Positions 13,190 through 27,059 of a DNA stretch of 64,000 nucleotides are shown here, piece after piece; the first letter of the stretch is position 1; the number at the start of each line of letters is the position of its first letter. A program made the translations under genes and the position numbers. The notes beneath the pieces are model-generated. The model saw only the letters and a program-made list of their open reading frames with translations, was not told the origin of the DNA and made no database searches. Source of the stretch: Octopus vulgaris (lineage: Eukaryota); NCBI GenBank assembly GCA_951406725.2, contig OX597826.1:45074001-45138000 (forward strand), written 5' to 3'.

Positions 13190-13401
13190 AATCTTTTACA
13201 TGTGTGAGCCATTGGTCTGCGGTCATGACGGAGCACCGGCGAGAAGGGTTTTAGTCGAGAGAATCCTCACCAGTATATATATTTTAGGCCTGGTATTCAA
13301 TTTATCGGCTTCTTTCGTCGAACCGTTATGTTAGGTGACGTAAACATAATGGTTGCCAAGAGGTGGTGGAGGAAAATACGAACACTGAGAAACAAGCATA
13401 A

Positions 13402-13498
<97 letters not shown>

Positions 13499-13632
13499 CA
13501 ACGGACTTCTTTCAATTTCCGTCTACCAAATCGACTAACTAGTCTTTCGTAGGCCCGGCGCTATGGCAGAAGACACCTGTCGATGTTGCCACGCTGCGGG
13601 CGGAGCAAAATTCTTACCGCAGCACGCCTACG
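13190..13632 (-). mobile_element. SINE family C, diverged full-length copy
   Basis: Head, internal (TA)n(TG)n and tail are collinear with other copies. Confidence 0.75.
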
Positions 13633-14298
13633 TGATTTGCTAAAACATATTCCAAGGGTCAGAAAATATTTAGGAAAACATAACCATATTAAATCGATTT
13701 ATAATGAATTCATAGATAGAAGCAGATAACATGCTAACTATAAAGCAATTAAACTATTATTTAATATTTAAATATTTGTACGGAAATCAAAAATCTGTAA
13801 GTTATACAATTAATAATTTGCATCTGTTTGAATTCTTATTACTCTCACTTTACCATGAAAAGTTCAAATTAATGGACGCACGAGAATAATTAATAAAATT
13901 AGTGGAAAGCTGATTAAAATTTAAAATTAAAATCAAGCGCAAAAGGCACCTTAGTCGAGATTAAAATCCAGGCTAATAATCTGTTGATTTGTTTTTCACA
14001 ATACAATATTCCTGTATAATTGTTAAATGCATGTATTTTTCATCGGTCCAGTCCATTACTGCATTACTGGCAGCTATGTTTATCAGCTTTAATGAAAACT
14101 GAAATAGTTCCATGACTTATGTTTACAATAGTTCTAGTCTTTATACGAAGGAACAGTTATAGATTAGGTCCTGGGTTGGACTCTGTGTAGCTGTGTTTTT
14201 GCGCCGATTGTAGCATGTGATGTTCAAAACGATATTGTCTAAACACGAATAACTTACCTTGACATTATAGGGAATCAAGCGTTTATAACCTCTGTCTG

Positions 14299-14331
<33 letters not shown>

Positions 14332-14366
14332 ATATCTATCTATCTATCTATCTATCTGTCTATCTT

Positions 14367-14467
<101 letters not shown>

Positions 14468-15071
14468 ATATATATATATATATATAAACAACCCAACTTG
14501 ACTTTATTCCATTTCAACCTCACATCTCAATCTCTCACTATTTTATATCCTAGCTAATCAGATATTTCTCAATCTCTACATCACAATATGATTACTACTG
14601 ATATTTAATTCCTTTCCTTTTCTAATACAATTCCCCTACTATTTTTGATAGCACCAATGATCAAATATCAATGACCTATGTTGACCATGTGTATAAATGG
14701 TCCATATAAAAATTCAACACAACAGCTGGGGAATATCTAACCTATAAACAATGCTAATATGGTAGTGTTTTGACCTGACTACAAACACTAATATTTTATG
14801 ACTGGCTGAATATTTTATGACTGACTACAAACATATTTTACGACTGACTACAAACACTAATATTTTATGACTAGCTCTTTCCTACATTTTGACCATCCAA
14901 TAACCGTACTATTTTTAAATGACCCCTTCCTCTGTCCTTTCCTTAATTCTCTTAACCCCTTTCTAACCTGTCTTTCTCTTTTCTCTATTCTATTTGCATC
15001 TTTCCATCGTGTTCTCTGTTCCCCACGCACTCACCATTCGTTCACTGTTATACTTTGTTATAACCAGAAAT

Positions 15072-15192
15072 GGCTCTGACGATGTAGCATTAATTCTTTC
15101 GGTCATTCAATTTTTCGCCAATGATTAACAGACCAATTGAGTAACATTATCAGTAATGTACCCATGATGACTACCAGAAACAGTTGTAATTC
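15072..15192 (+). ncRNA. Degenerate hammerhead motif with extended stem II
   Basis: CTGACGA-tGTAG...CTACca-GAAAC-AGTT-GTA, lying at the end of a pyrimidine-rich tract. Stem I is poorly paired. Confidence 0.4.
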
Positions 15193-15538
15193 AAATTTGC
15201 TCCACTAAAGGGGAAAATATGCAATGACCATTATTTTAACTTTGCTTTATATATCACCCTGTTTAAAAACTAGTTTGTCTGGAGCCCTTCCACGGGTTTA
15301 CAATATGGAATTGTGATGAACCATAACCTTGGACATTCCCATAAGAATTCTTGGAGTTCTTCACTAATCTAAATAATAATGTTAGTCTGGTGCGCCAACA
15401 GAGAGCTTTGAAGTAATTTGCCCGAATTGATAACCCCTCACTATTAGCTTGCACTCTCTCTCTCTCTCTCTCTACTCCCCCTCTCTCTTTCTCTCTATCT
15501 ATCTTTCTGTCTCTCATTCTTTCTCTGCCTCCATTTCC

Positions 15539-15571
<33 letters not shown>

Positions 15572-16734
15572 TGCATATATTCTACATATATTCTATATGT
15601 ATCATAGATTTAGTCTCTAAAATTGTTTAAATCTACCCGCGTTTCCATAGGAACAGCATTACGTTTCGTATAATGGAATTAATAGTAACGTTTACAGTTT
15701 GAAATGGTTACAGGATCCCATAACAAGAGGTTCCACAAGCAGAGGATGCCTATATTTATCGCCAGTGAACGACACCTGTTAGAAACAGATGACGTATATG
15801 CCATTGAAAATGGCAGTCAAAGATCCTGTCTACATAAGTTGACATTTGACTGCCATATCTAGCAGGCCGGGCAGTCACGTAGAGGATCCGCCTTTAGTTC
15901 ATAATTACATTAATTTAAGAGTGGCTTTCTCTCTTTACATCATATGCACCGATCCCTTAAATATCGTCTGCAATCCACCTCTCTTATCTGTGTGTCGGTT
16001 GAATCGCCAAAAGAATTGTTATATGAGTTTATCACAATTCAAAAACGGTATTATCGTTTCTGGCATCTGTTAATGCAAAAAAAAAAAAAAAAAAAGAAAA
16101 AAAATAGAACAAAACAGAAAAACAAACAAACAAAAACTAGTGAGAATATTGATTGCTATTTATATGCTATTAATTATTCCAGAATATTCTATCAAGTCAA
16201 TACGACTAGTTATGATCATTAGGTTAATTTTGTATTGTGTGTTGTTAACATACGGATTTATTATGCATGCATGACAACTCCTCACTCTCCCCATCTCTCG
16301 ATCCATGAATTTAAACTAGATTATTTACAACTCAATTTGAGCATAATTTCAACGCTCTTAATTATTATTCGTTTCCCAAGTTAGAGATAAACATCATAAC
16401 TAATCGATTGCTACTGTTTCAACCTAAATTGCTAAAAATATTGGTAATTCTATTAAATGCTTTATCAATGTATTTTTTTAAATATTATATTATAATATAA
16501 CATTATACTGATTCAGCGTTAATTTTGTTGTGTAAATTTTCTGTGGTATTTCAGAAAAGCAAATATTTGTACAGAGATTCAGAAATATAGTTTGATAGAT
16601 AAATTCCTGCATTATATTTATCTATAATGAGTTAAGATAAATAGTTTCATTTATTCAATGGCAAAAAAAAAATGTTGTCAATACATAAGTGCGTATGTGT
16701 GCTTCTGTTTACATATGTGTGCACTGGCGCCCAA

Positions 16735-16809
<75 letters not shown>

Positions 16810-17128
16810 AAAAGTTTTGCCTGCTGATGTTCTTCACTTATTTATCTAGTTTAAAACGTTTCCTTTATTTGTAATTGCTATAATCTTTTGTTCAACCATA
16901 CAATTTTCTCTACTGTTTTCCCCTTTTATCCTACTTCCACACCTCGCTCTCACAATCTCCTCTTTTCTACGCTCACTGTCCACTCCACGCACCCCAACTA
17001 GCAACCAGCACCTGACACCGCTCTTACTTCCTATGGCCATCTTTTACACAGATATTCTCCCTCTCTACCTCTCTTCTTAACTGCTCCCCGTATAACTGTA
17101 TTAACAACTGGCCCTGTCTTTTTTCCTC

Positions 17129-17167
17129 CTTTATCTGATGAAGGATGGTATGTCCGAAATGTCAAAG
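17129..17167 (+). ncRNA. Minimal hammerhead motif
   Basis: CTTTat-CTGATGA-aGGATggtatGTCC-GAAAT-GTC-AAAG; one C>T change in GAAAC. Confidence 0.6.
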
Positions 17168-17604
17168 ACCCACTTTCATTTTCATTTTTCTTTTCAAACG
17201 TGAAACTTATAACTCTAATGAAAAACAAAGTAAAATAACGACAAATGACCGATACGAGCACGAGAAGGGATGAGAAAAGAGGTAAGAAGTATAGAATGTG
17301 TGGAAGAAAGATAACAGAGAATGTAATCATGGATTTACAGTATAGAATGCAAATGAACTTCGGATCGTGCCATAAGCTTTCGCTGAGTATTTTACTAACC
17401 TCCAACATTTTATTTGTGTCGTGAATTTGTATTTACATAAATCTATTGAAGTATTTTGCCCAGATTAATAATCCTTCCAACATACACGTAGATATTTAAA
17501 TATGCATACATACATATTTTCAAACATGCATATTGACGTACACACACACACATACATATATATACACATACATACATATATTGTATATAGATAGATACAT
17601 ATGT

Positions 17605-17742
<138 letters not shown>

Positions 17743-18166
17743 AAAAATAGAATAAATTCTTTATAAGAATTTATCAAGTAGTTAGCGTGAAAAAACCTCA
17801 TAAGGGGAAAAATCCATCAATTTTCCCTCTTAAATATGTTCATTTATATTAAGGGCATTGCTATACATAAATGCCTCACGCTAGAAGAGACACTTAAAGT
17901 CAAAACTACCCAAATGAATAAACACATTGTACCGAATACGAGGGAATGCAACTCTCGAAGCGAGCATTTTGTTACGTATATATGTGAGTGTGTGTGTATG
18001 TTTGTGTGTGTGTGTTATTGGTCAGTGACCATCCTGGGGTACCGTCTTGAAGGGTTTAGTTAAAGTCGTCGACCCTAGTACTTCAGTTACTTTAAGTCTG
18101 GTACGTACATACCTGCTTGTGCTTGCGTGCGTGTGCATATATATTTTCACTTTTTCTCTCCCTCTC

Positions 18167-18255
<89 letters not shown>

Positions 18256-18257
<2 letters not shown>

Positions 18258-18435
18258 GTAGGGAGAGTTCACGAAAACACGAAGACAGGTGCTGTAGAAA
18301 ACAAACAGATGTATTAGTATAACACTTAGGAATTGAAAATGTCTTTTACGTTTCGATCCTACGCTCTTCTACAGAAAGGGACACAGTAAAAAACAAGGAG
18401 AGAAAAAATGTGTGTAGTGGCTACTGATCTATCAT
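18256..18435 (-). mobile_element. ~190-bp dispersed element with variant hammerhead (copy 1 of 3)
   Basis: Near-identical to 22000-22182 and the reverse complement of 49421-49627. Contains CTTT-CTGTAGA-aGAGCgtagGATC-GAAAC-GTA-AAAG on the minus strand. Confidence 0.8.
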
Positions 18436-19111
18436 ATATGTATATATGTATATATGATTATATGTATATATAGTTGTACAGTTGCGTGTAAATGTGTGCG
18501 TGTGCGCGCGCGCGCGCGCGCGTGTGTGTGTGAATGCAAACATCTGTTTAACTATTTGCGGCAGATTGGCCGACTTTCTTGTGCGAAACTGTATTGAACC
18601 TTCACTATTACGACACATTTCACAAAGGCTGGCAAGAGAAATAGATATTTATTTTTAACGTTCAGTTAAACCATAAAAAATTTAGAAAACTTATGAAAGA
18701 AGCCGGAAAACTGCAAAATCCATTATCTCTTCCTGAATTGTATATAACATTAGAAAATAATTCACTGGTTTGATATTGAAAATAGAAAAAAAAATACATA
18801 TAGAATCAATTGAAGTTCAAAGGTGAGTGTGTTAGAATTAACACAGAAAATAAAATGCTTCATATATAAAATATTTCAGCGAGTAAAGGATTTACGAAAG
18901 AATTAAATGGATATGAGATATACAAAAAGGAAAAAAAAATTATTTGACAATTATTCTATTCTTGAGATATATTTAATATCACCGCTGGAATCGGATCCAT
19001 ACATGTTGTATGAAAAGAATAGCATATATATATATATATATTTGTATATATATATGTATATATATATGTATATATAATATATGTATATATATATGTATAT
19101 ATATATATATG

Positions 19112-19161
<50 letters not shown>

Positions 19162-19609
19162 CATATAATGAGAAAGTTTTGAAAATTCGCTGTATACTTA
19201 TATACATGCATACATACACCACAAACATCTATGCATGTATGAAACAATTTTTTTTAATATATGAGGTAAATACTGCTATTATATCTATGTATATGAAAAT
19301 AGAAATACAAAATTATATTTTCACATAACAAATATTTTCATATACCAGTTTTCATATATTACAGAAAAGTTTTCATAAAGTGAAATTTTTCGTATACAAA
19401 AGTTTTCGTATAAAAGTTGAAAGGAATAAAATTTTACTGAATATTGTAACTAAAACAGGTTTTGCAGAAGAACGAAAATGATATTTTACTAATCGTTTTC
19501 TCTATTGATCAGCTTATGTAAGAAGTTTGAAGTGTGCTGTTTAATGCATTTGAAGACCATGTAGTAGAATACCAACGCGGGCTTTATTATTTATATACTT
19601 TTAGATATG

Positions 19610-19643
<34 letters not shown>

Positions 19644-19665
19644 TCTATATCTATATCTATATCTA

Positions 19666-19725
<60 letters not shown>

Positions 19726-19853
19726 CTATCTATATACGTATATAATATATATATATAATATATATATGTAGGTCCCGGGTTGATTCGGGGTTAACCACAG
19801 TAAATAAGGTACTCAATACATAGCAGAGTAAAATTAATTTATTATATAGAAGG

Positions 19854-19904
19854 AGCTTCTACAGGACTAGAACTGTTTCATTCAAGAGAAATCATCAGGA
19901 AGCT
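19854..19904 (-). ncRNA. Type-I hammerhead ribozyme (left arm)
   Basis: AGCTTC-CTGATGA-tTTCtcttGAAt-GAAACAG-ttctagtc-CTGTA-GAAGCT on the minus strand. Confidence 0.8.
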
Positions 19905-19939
19905 AGTTAACAAGAATTGAAAAACAATTCTTGTTAACT

Positions 19940-19990
19940 AGCTTCCTGATGATTTCTCTTGAATGAAACAGTTCCAGTCCTGTAGAAGCT
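19940..19990 (+). ncRNA. Type-I hammerhead ribozyme (right arm)
   Basis: Stem I AGCTTC/GAAGCT, core CTGATGA, stem II TTC/GAA, GAAA, stem III ACAG/CTGT, GUA triplet. Confidence 0.8.
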
Positions 19991-20074
19991 CCTTCTATAT
20001 AATAAATATATATATATGTTAATATATGCATATGAGCGTATCTGTCTGCATGTCACACCTCTCTCTCTCTGTCC

Positions 20075-20114
<40 letters not shown>

Positions 20115-20167
20115 GTACATATATATATTTGTGTGTGTGTGTGTGGCTGTGCGTGCGTATACGGCCC

Positions 20168-21030
20168 TACAAATAGGCCATACGTTAGGGTGCGTAGTGA
20201 AGTAAGCGAGTAGTTTAATGTGAAGATGGGTTTAAACCAGGTTTGCGTGATGTCTCCGTGACTGTTTAATTATATATGGATGGTGTGATAAAAGGTAAAT
20301 GCTAGAAACTTTGGTAGGGGAGCCCAAATGGTGGGACAAAATGGAGAGAAATGGCAAGTTGTTGATGATACGGACTGGTGGCAAATTCGGATGAGCAACT
20401 GAAGAGACTGTTGATAGAGTTTGGAAGAGTGTGTGAGAGGAGGAAACTGAAACTGAATGTAGCTAAGAGTAAGGTAATGAGATGTTCGACAAATGTAATT
20501 GCTGGTAGGATAGATGTGAGTATAAATCGTGAGATGTTAGTGGAGGTGAGTGTTTTTAAGTATCTGGGATTACATGTGACGGCGGATGGGGGCTGGCTGA
20601 AGAAGTGGGAGGAGAGTGAGGGGGTGAGTAAGATACTTGGAGTTGTGAAAGGTAAGCTGGGAGATAAAAAGTTGAGTATGAAAGACATGTGTATGAGGGC
20701 GTGATTGTGCCGAGAATGTTATATAATACAGAGACGTGGGGCTGAGAGAGGCGGAAAGGATGCGACTAGATGTGTTTGAGATGAAATGCTAGAGACATAT
20801 GGTTGTTGTGACCCGGATGGACAGGGTGAGGATGAGGAGGTGCATAGGTGAGCAGGACTGAGAGAAAAACTAAAAATCAAAATGGATAGACAAATACTGA
20901 GGTGGTTTGGCCACATGGAGAAGACGGATGAGAAGCGGATGGTAAGGAGGGTGATGAAGGTAGAAGTAGTAGGCCCTCAGTTTGTGTTGATGGATGGAGA
21001 GAGGTAAGGTTTGGTTAGAGGTGTTGGAGT
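20168..21030 (+). mobile_element. RTE-clade LINE fragment (degenerate RT C-terminal region)
   Basis: VRVRSEVSE*FNVKMGLNQVCVMSP*LFN, QLKRLLIEFGRVCERRKLKLNVAKSKVM, VSVFKYLG, RLDVFEMKC, ILRWFGHMEK; multiple stops and frameshifts. Confidence 0.88.
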
Positions 21031-21281
21031 GAGAGAAGCAAGAGAGTTAGAAATGATGGAAAGCTTGTTACGGAACCAGCATGTTGCGAAGGGGGTAAAT
21101 CAGCATATACTGTCGGGCTCAGCTGCTGATATGGGAGGTTGCATTCCATGCCTTGGCCTGAGCTTAAAACAGGGCTTGCCTCTTTGGGCTGGGAAATGAA
21201 TGGAATGCCTGGTGTGTGTTTTATTGTGGCTGCACACTCCTAAAAAAATGGAGAATAGTCCCGGGTATATTATATATATGT

Positions 21282-21589
21282 GGAGGCGCAATGGCCTAGT
21301 GGTTAGGGCAGGGGAATCGCGGTCGTAGAATCGCGGTTTCGATTCCCAGACCGGGCGTTGTGAGTGTTTATTGAGCGAAAACACCTAAAAGTTCCACGAG
21401 GCTCCGGCAGGGGGTGGTGATCCCTGCTGTACTCTTTCATCACTCTTTCTCTCTTTCTTCTGTTGGCCTGCTCGCTTAGCCAGTGGGATGGCGTCGTTCG
21501 AAGGCTAAAACAATGCGAACGCATTGTGACCAGCGATGTGTAACTACATCTGATGGACTGGTCGGTCACGTGATGGACGTGATGGTGAT
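21282..21589 (+). mobile_element. tRNA-derived SINE family A, tail type 1
   Basis: Intact A and B boxes; tail gctaaaacaatgcgaacgcattgtgaccagcgatgtg...ggtcggtcacgtgat shared with the 57890 copy. Confidence 0.9.
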
Positions 21590-21999
21590 ATATATATATA
21601 TATATAAATACATACATACATATATACATACATGCACACTTACTGCGCTAGCATTCTACATCTGCATTAATTTGTAAATGTATATTAGTGTAGCATGTGT
21701 ATTAGTACAGACATAGAAACTAATTTACTATAAACTGAAATAAAGAAAAGTGTCATTACATGAAGAAGGTTGCGAAATGGCCATCATCGTCCGTAAATCA
21801 ACTAGTGAAATAAACGTATTTATCTCTCATACCGCTGGAATTTTATGTTCTGTATGTGTATACATGTACATACATACATACATACATACATACATACATA
21901 CATACATACATACATACATCCATCTATACATACATACATACATACATACATACATACATACATACATACATACATACATACATACATACATACATACAT

Positions 22000-22182
22000 A
22001 GAGAATTCACGAAAAAACAAAAGACGAAGACAGGTGGTGTAGAAAACAAACAGATGTATTAGTATAACGCTCGGGAATTGAAAAAGTCTTTAACGTTTCG
22101 AGCCTACGCTTTTCCACAGAAAGGAACACAGAAAAAAAAACAACGAGAGAAAAAAATGTGTGTAGTGGCTAGCGACCTATGA
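22000..22182 (-). mobile_element. ~190-bp element with variant hammerhead (copy 2 of 3)
   Basis: Minus strand CTTT-CTGTGGA-aAAGCgtagGCTC-GAAAC-GTT-AAAG; abuts (TACA)n. Confidence 0.8.
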
Positions 22183-22393
22183 TTCTGTAGCTGATTTTCC
22201 CAAGCCAAGAATAGTGTTAGAAAATTATCCAGAAAACCTCTCGAATCGTTTGCCGTAACATAACTCTTACATTGGCTCAATAAAAATGATTTACTGAATC
22301 GCTTTTAGTGAAAAGCTAAACGTTTTTTATATGAAAGCTGCTTACACGTTCGAAACCTGTTAGTGTCAAATTTTCAACCCACATGTGTTAGAC

Positions 22394-22712
22394 TAGTGGT
22401 TCTCAACCGGCCTGTGAGGCTCTATATACGATTTTTAAGGGTTCACCCAACCTCATCATACATTGGGGATAAACAATAGTATTTTGTAGATGTGTGTATT
22501 AGCATCTATTACAAGAAACAGCTAGGTTTATATTTCTGACGTTTTACATATTTCAACCTATGCAAGGCAATCTATGAAAACCAAATAGGAATTTTGAAAG
22601 AAGTTTCTATGAAACTATAATAGATTTTAAACATCGAATGGCAATGGGGGTCTACCAGAATAGAATTGTAATGAAAGGGGTCCATAGATACAAAATGGTT
22701 TAGAAACCCTTG
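22394..22712. mobile_element. hAT (Charlie-like) MITE
   Basis: TIRs tagtggttctcaacc / ggtttagaaacccttg and an 8-bp TSD tgttagac / tgttagat. Confidence 0.8.
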
Positions 22713-22796
22713 TGTTAGATGATCCAAAACATTGACCTAATAAAAATCCTTTTTTTAAATAGATGCAATAATTTCCATTCTTAGATTTTTTCTATA

Positions 22797-23026
22797 CAGT
22801 AATCCCTCGCCATATCGCGCTTCACATATCGCGGTTTATTATTTACGCATACGTCGATTCCTCCTTGGTGTTGCTTTGAATTTATCATAAAATAAATATA
22901 TACAAATTATAAAAATAATTTTTAAAAATATATACAATACAGTACTGTTTCTATTTCGCGGATTTTCACCTATCGCTGGTGGGGGCGGTTGGAACGTAGC
23001 ATCCGCGATAGTCGAGGTATTTACTG
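22797..23026. mobile_element. pogo/Tigger-like MITE
   Basis: TA|cagtaatccctcg..atatcgcg ... cgcgatagtcgaggtatttactg|TA: imperfect TIRs with TA target duplication. Confidence 0.85.
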
Positions 23027-23722
23027 TACTTCAGATCGAATTTAGAATTATGTAGTACAAAGCAATCTATTCAAAGACTTAAACAACCATACTTATTTGT
23101 TGAACTAATTAAAATTTTGTCTTTTCCTTATCACCTGATTACTTCTAATCAATTTTTAAAATGTTTTCTACAATAAAATATGGCAACGGCGACTTGAACG
23201 TTGATATTTTACAAGGCTACAAAAATTTGATGAATTAGTCTATATTTGTATTTGCTAATTTCTTTAAAATGGAGGGGTTAATTATGGTGTAAAAATCGGA
23301 AAATTATGTTCATTTTAGTTTCTAAGAGAGCTATTTATGAGGTTATTTGTCTAGTATTAGTGGAAATCTGAATAATGTGAGCGGTTCTGATTTATCGTTC
23401 AAGAAAGTTATTAGATTAATATCATTTTTCTCTGAATTATATGCTATCATTATTTACAAAAGAGAAAGGAAAGGAAAAAAAATTGCACAGCAAAAATCAC
23501 AGCACAGCCACCTCCCCTGCTGCTGCTACTTCTGCCACTGCTGCTATTACTGCTACTGCTGCTACTGCTGCAGTTATTCTGCTGATACTTCTACACTTTC
23601 TTCGTCGTTTAATACTTCTATTGACAATGATAAGTATAATTGTTTCGAATTTTGATATCACCTCACACAACTTATCTTTTACATCGCTTTGACCCATCAT
23701 TGCTAGACAAACCACACGCTGT

Positions 23723-24024
23723 GAAGGCACATGTCCTAGTGGTTAGAGCAGCGGACTCGCGGTCGACGGATCGCGGGTTCGAATCTCAGACCGGGCGATG
23801 TGCGTGTTTATGAGCGAAACACCTAACCTCCACGCGTCTCCGGCAGAAGGTAATGGCGAACTTCTGCTGACTCTTTCGCCACAACTTTCTCTCATCCTTT
23901 CCTCCTGCAGCTTGCAGCTCACCTGTGACGGACCGACGTCCCGTCCAGGTGGGGAACCTATACGCCAAGGAAACCGGGAAACCGGCCCTAATGAGCCAGG
24001 CATGACTCCAGAAGGAACAAAAAC
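23723..24024 (+). mobile_element. tRNA-derived SINE family B
   Basis: Head related to family A (B box GGTTCGAATC). The body contains cctgtgacggaccgacgtcccgtccagg, which resembles the V-SINE central domain. Confidence 0.88.
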
Positions 24025-24235
24025 CACACGTTGCATATTTTAAACAATCACCGTCCGACAGGAACACATCACATGCTATGGCAATCGCACAACACATATG
24101 ATGTGCAAATACAACCCCAAAATGTAACACAACTCCCAAAGTACATAAACTACGCAGTCACCAACCGTAATTTTGACTCAAGGTACCAATCACAAAGGAA
24201 AAGGCAAAAACTCCAACACCAAACTTAATAACATG

Positions 24236-24610
24236 GCACGCGTGGCTGTGTGGTAAGAAACTTCCTTCCTAACCACATAGATCTAGGTTTAGCCCCACTA
24301 CGTGGCACTTTGGGTGAGTGCGAACCAAAGCGTTGTGAGTGGATTTGGCAGACGGAAACTTAAAGAAGCCCGTCGTATATATGTATGTGTGTGTGTGTGA
24401 GTGTATTTCTGTATATTTTTGTCCCTCACCACCGCTTGACAACCGTTGTTGGTGTGTTTACGTCCCTGTAACTTCGACAATGATAAAATAAGTACTAGGC
24501 TTCAAAAAATAAGGCCCAATGTCGATTAGTTCGACTAAAAACGCTTCAAGCTGGTGCCCCAGCATGACCGCAGTCAAGTGATTGAAACAAGTAAAAAAAA
24601 TAAAAGATAA
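24236..24610 (+). mobile_element. SINE family C
   Basis: Collinear with the 41979 copy, with internal deletions. Confidence 0.85.
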
Positions 24611-25600
24611 ATAATAGAAGAAACATGAAAGTTTTTACCAGAGACAACAAACCAAACACTACAACGAAACAAAACTGAGGGCCTCCCCTCCTTCGTAGCA
24701 TTATAAATCCCCGGGTAAATTATTGCACTAGACCCTGACTGTAAACAACAACTTACTTAGATCATAATTAGTTCCCAAGGCACGTGGGACCTGCGGACAA
24801 CTGCCCAGTGTGCCCATGTCTTTAGACGGCATTTAAGACGGTAAAATTGTGTTGGTTTAAGAGTAACAAAATTTCACCTCATCCCCAGGACTGTCCTTAT
24901 TTTCCAGGACAAGTAATCTCTCACAGCTATGTACTCCGGTCAAAAGGTGCATGCTGAAAGAAGATCCATTTACCTGGACCAAGTTTGCCACTCTCACTCT
25001 TCTTTCAACATATATAGTGGGGTGGGCAAAGCACTACTTTTTTCAGCCTCAATTTCCACTCATAAGTTATTTAGATATTTTCTCCTTAGGTCTCAATATT
25101 CTCCTTATTTTGTTTTTATCAAGAATTTACTGGTTTACTGTCTCAAGAAATAACTTTTAAAATCAGCATCTTGTTTGTTGTTTGTTTTACTTTTTATGCA
25201 TTTCTTGAACTCAATGCGATGATCTTTTACAATAATGATCGTGATGAAGGGTGTTTTTATGTTTGTTTTGGTAGTTAGTGTATTTATTATTGTTGTCGTT
25301 GTTCTTGTTGATGATGATGATGATGATGATGCGGCAAAAAATTTCACGTTTCCAACGATAAAGAAATGTTATGGAGCTGTTGGTTCCATCTGGTGTTGAG
25401 TAGAATAAGTGTGCAGCAAGCTGGTCTCTGAGAAACAAAGGATATTGCAGTAGCTCGAGAAATGTGAGACTGCAGTTTTTCTTTATTATACGTTTTGATG
25501 AAGTTTAACATTTTGGAATGCATAGAGGCAGCAGTAGAACCACCCGAGATCTGGGCCCGGTATTACGTTATGATTCTTACCCTGAACATTGGAGCCAGTA

Positions 25601-25833
25601 ACCTATTTCTTTATTACCCACAAGGGGCTAAACACAGAGGGGACAAACAAGGACAGACATAGGTATTAAGTCGATTACATCGACCCCAGTGGGAAACTGG
25701 TACTTTATTTATCGACCCCGAAAAGATGAAAGGCAAAGTCGTCCTCGGCGGAATTTGAACTCACAACGCAACGACAGACGAAATACGGCAAAGCATTTCG
25801 CCCGGCGTGCTAACGATTCTGCCAGCTCGCTCA
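25601..25833 (-). mobile_element. SINE family D, single unit
   Basis: Reverse complement of the head plus first unit at 60466-60700. Confidence 0.88.
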
Positions 25834-26336
25834 CCAATTATTCGGAGCCTATGTATTTTCCTTTTCTGCGTTAGTCGTTATGACGAAGTTTATATCTTCC
25901 ATGACTGAAAGATTAGCAAGATATTGAGTCCTAAGATCTGTAGCAATTTTATGGGTTTTACACACGCTTTGCTCAAGAATAGAGAATATAGTATGCATAA
26001 TTGGTGTAAACATATTCAATGAGAGACTGAGGAAAACCAAAATCCTCGTGCTCCAGAAGGGGGTACACATGAAACGTTTTAAAGCTTCTGAAGAATAACT
26101 AATAACTTTTAATATACCAAACATTTGTATCAATTGGACATGCTACAAGAAGAAAGAGGATGTTAAAAATTCTTAATAGAAGGAGAAGAAAGAAGTGTTT
26201 AATCAATGCATGGATTGTTTATGAGATTCTGTAAACAGATTTCTTATTAGGAAAGGGCACTAATATCCAGCACAACAGGTTCCGCGTTTTCACTTTTGAA
26301 CTGGAATTTGAAACTAGCGTGATTAGTCATCGTGGT

Positions 26337-26569
26337 TGTGAATATAGGTGCTATGGAATGGCAGAAAGGAAGTTTTGTAGATAGGTAACCTCGAACTGTT
26401 CGTTGGAAGTATTAAATAACTGAACACCTTGTCACATATGATGCATTCATTTCAAGTAAATGTGAATGAAGGTGCTATGGAATGGCAGTAAGGAAATCCG
26501 GTAAATAAGTAAAATCGAACTGCATATTGACGGTATTAAATAACTGAACACCTTGTCACATACGATGCT
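26337..26569. repeat. Diverged tandem duplication, period 124 bp
   Basis: aggtgctatggaatggcag and gtattaaataactgaacaccttgtcacata each occur twice, 124 bp apart. Confidence 0.9.
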
Positions 26570-27059
26570 GTCATTAAATTAAAAATTATAAGATGTTATT
26601 CCAGGAAATTAGATTTAGACAAAGAAATTAAGAAAAGCAAGTCCAGTTTGAGATAAACATGAAAATACATGGGTGAGAGAAATTAAACATACAGCAAAAC
26701 ATTCAAAGAGAAGCAAATGTAATTAAAATTCGTATGTTGGTTAGAATAAGAATAACTTAGAAAGATTTTGGCCAGTGTTGGCCCAGGCCATGTCTAACTA
26801 AATAGCACCACCTGATTCATATCAATAAAAGAAGGACCACTAGTCCTAACTGTTCCAGAAGTGAAATGTAGTTATAATATTGATTTCAAATTTTGGCACA
26901 AGACCTGAAAGTCCAGAGGCGGGAATGAGACAATTGCATCAACCTCAGTGCTGAACTGCTACAGCCAAAATGCATACAATAGGACTTTAACCCAGATTAT
27001 GTCATATAATGCATAAATATATACATAAACACAGAGTTATGTAATTGTATGTCATTGTA

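Larger units (their letters stand above)
19837..20007. repeat. Near-perfect inverted repeat (83-bp arms, 5-nt spacer)
   Basis: 19837-19919 is the reverse complement of 19925-20007 with one mismatch; spacer AAAAA. Confidence 0.95.

Noticed and set aside
21282-21360. SINE heads as functional tRNA genes
   Set aside because: The acceptor stem does not pair, there is no terminator, and each continues into a repeat body.
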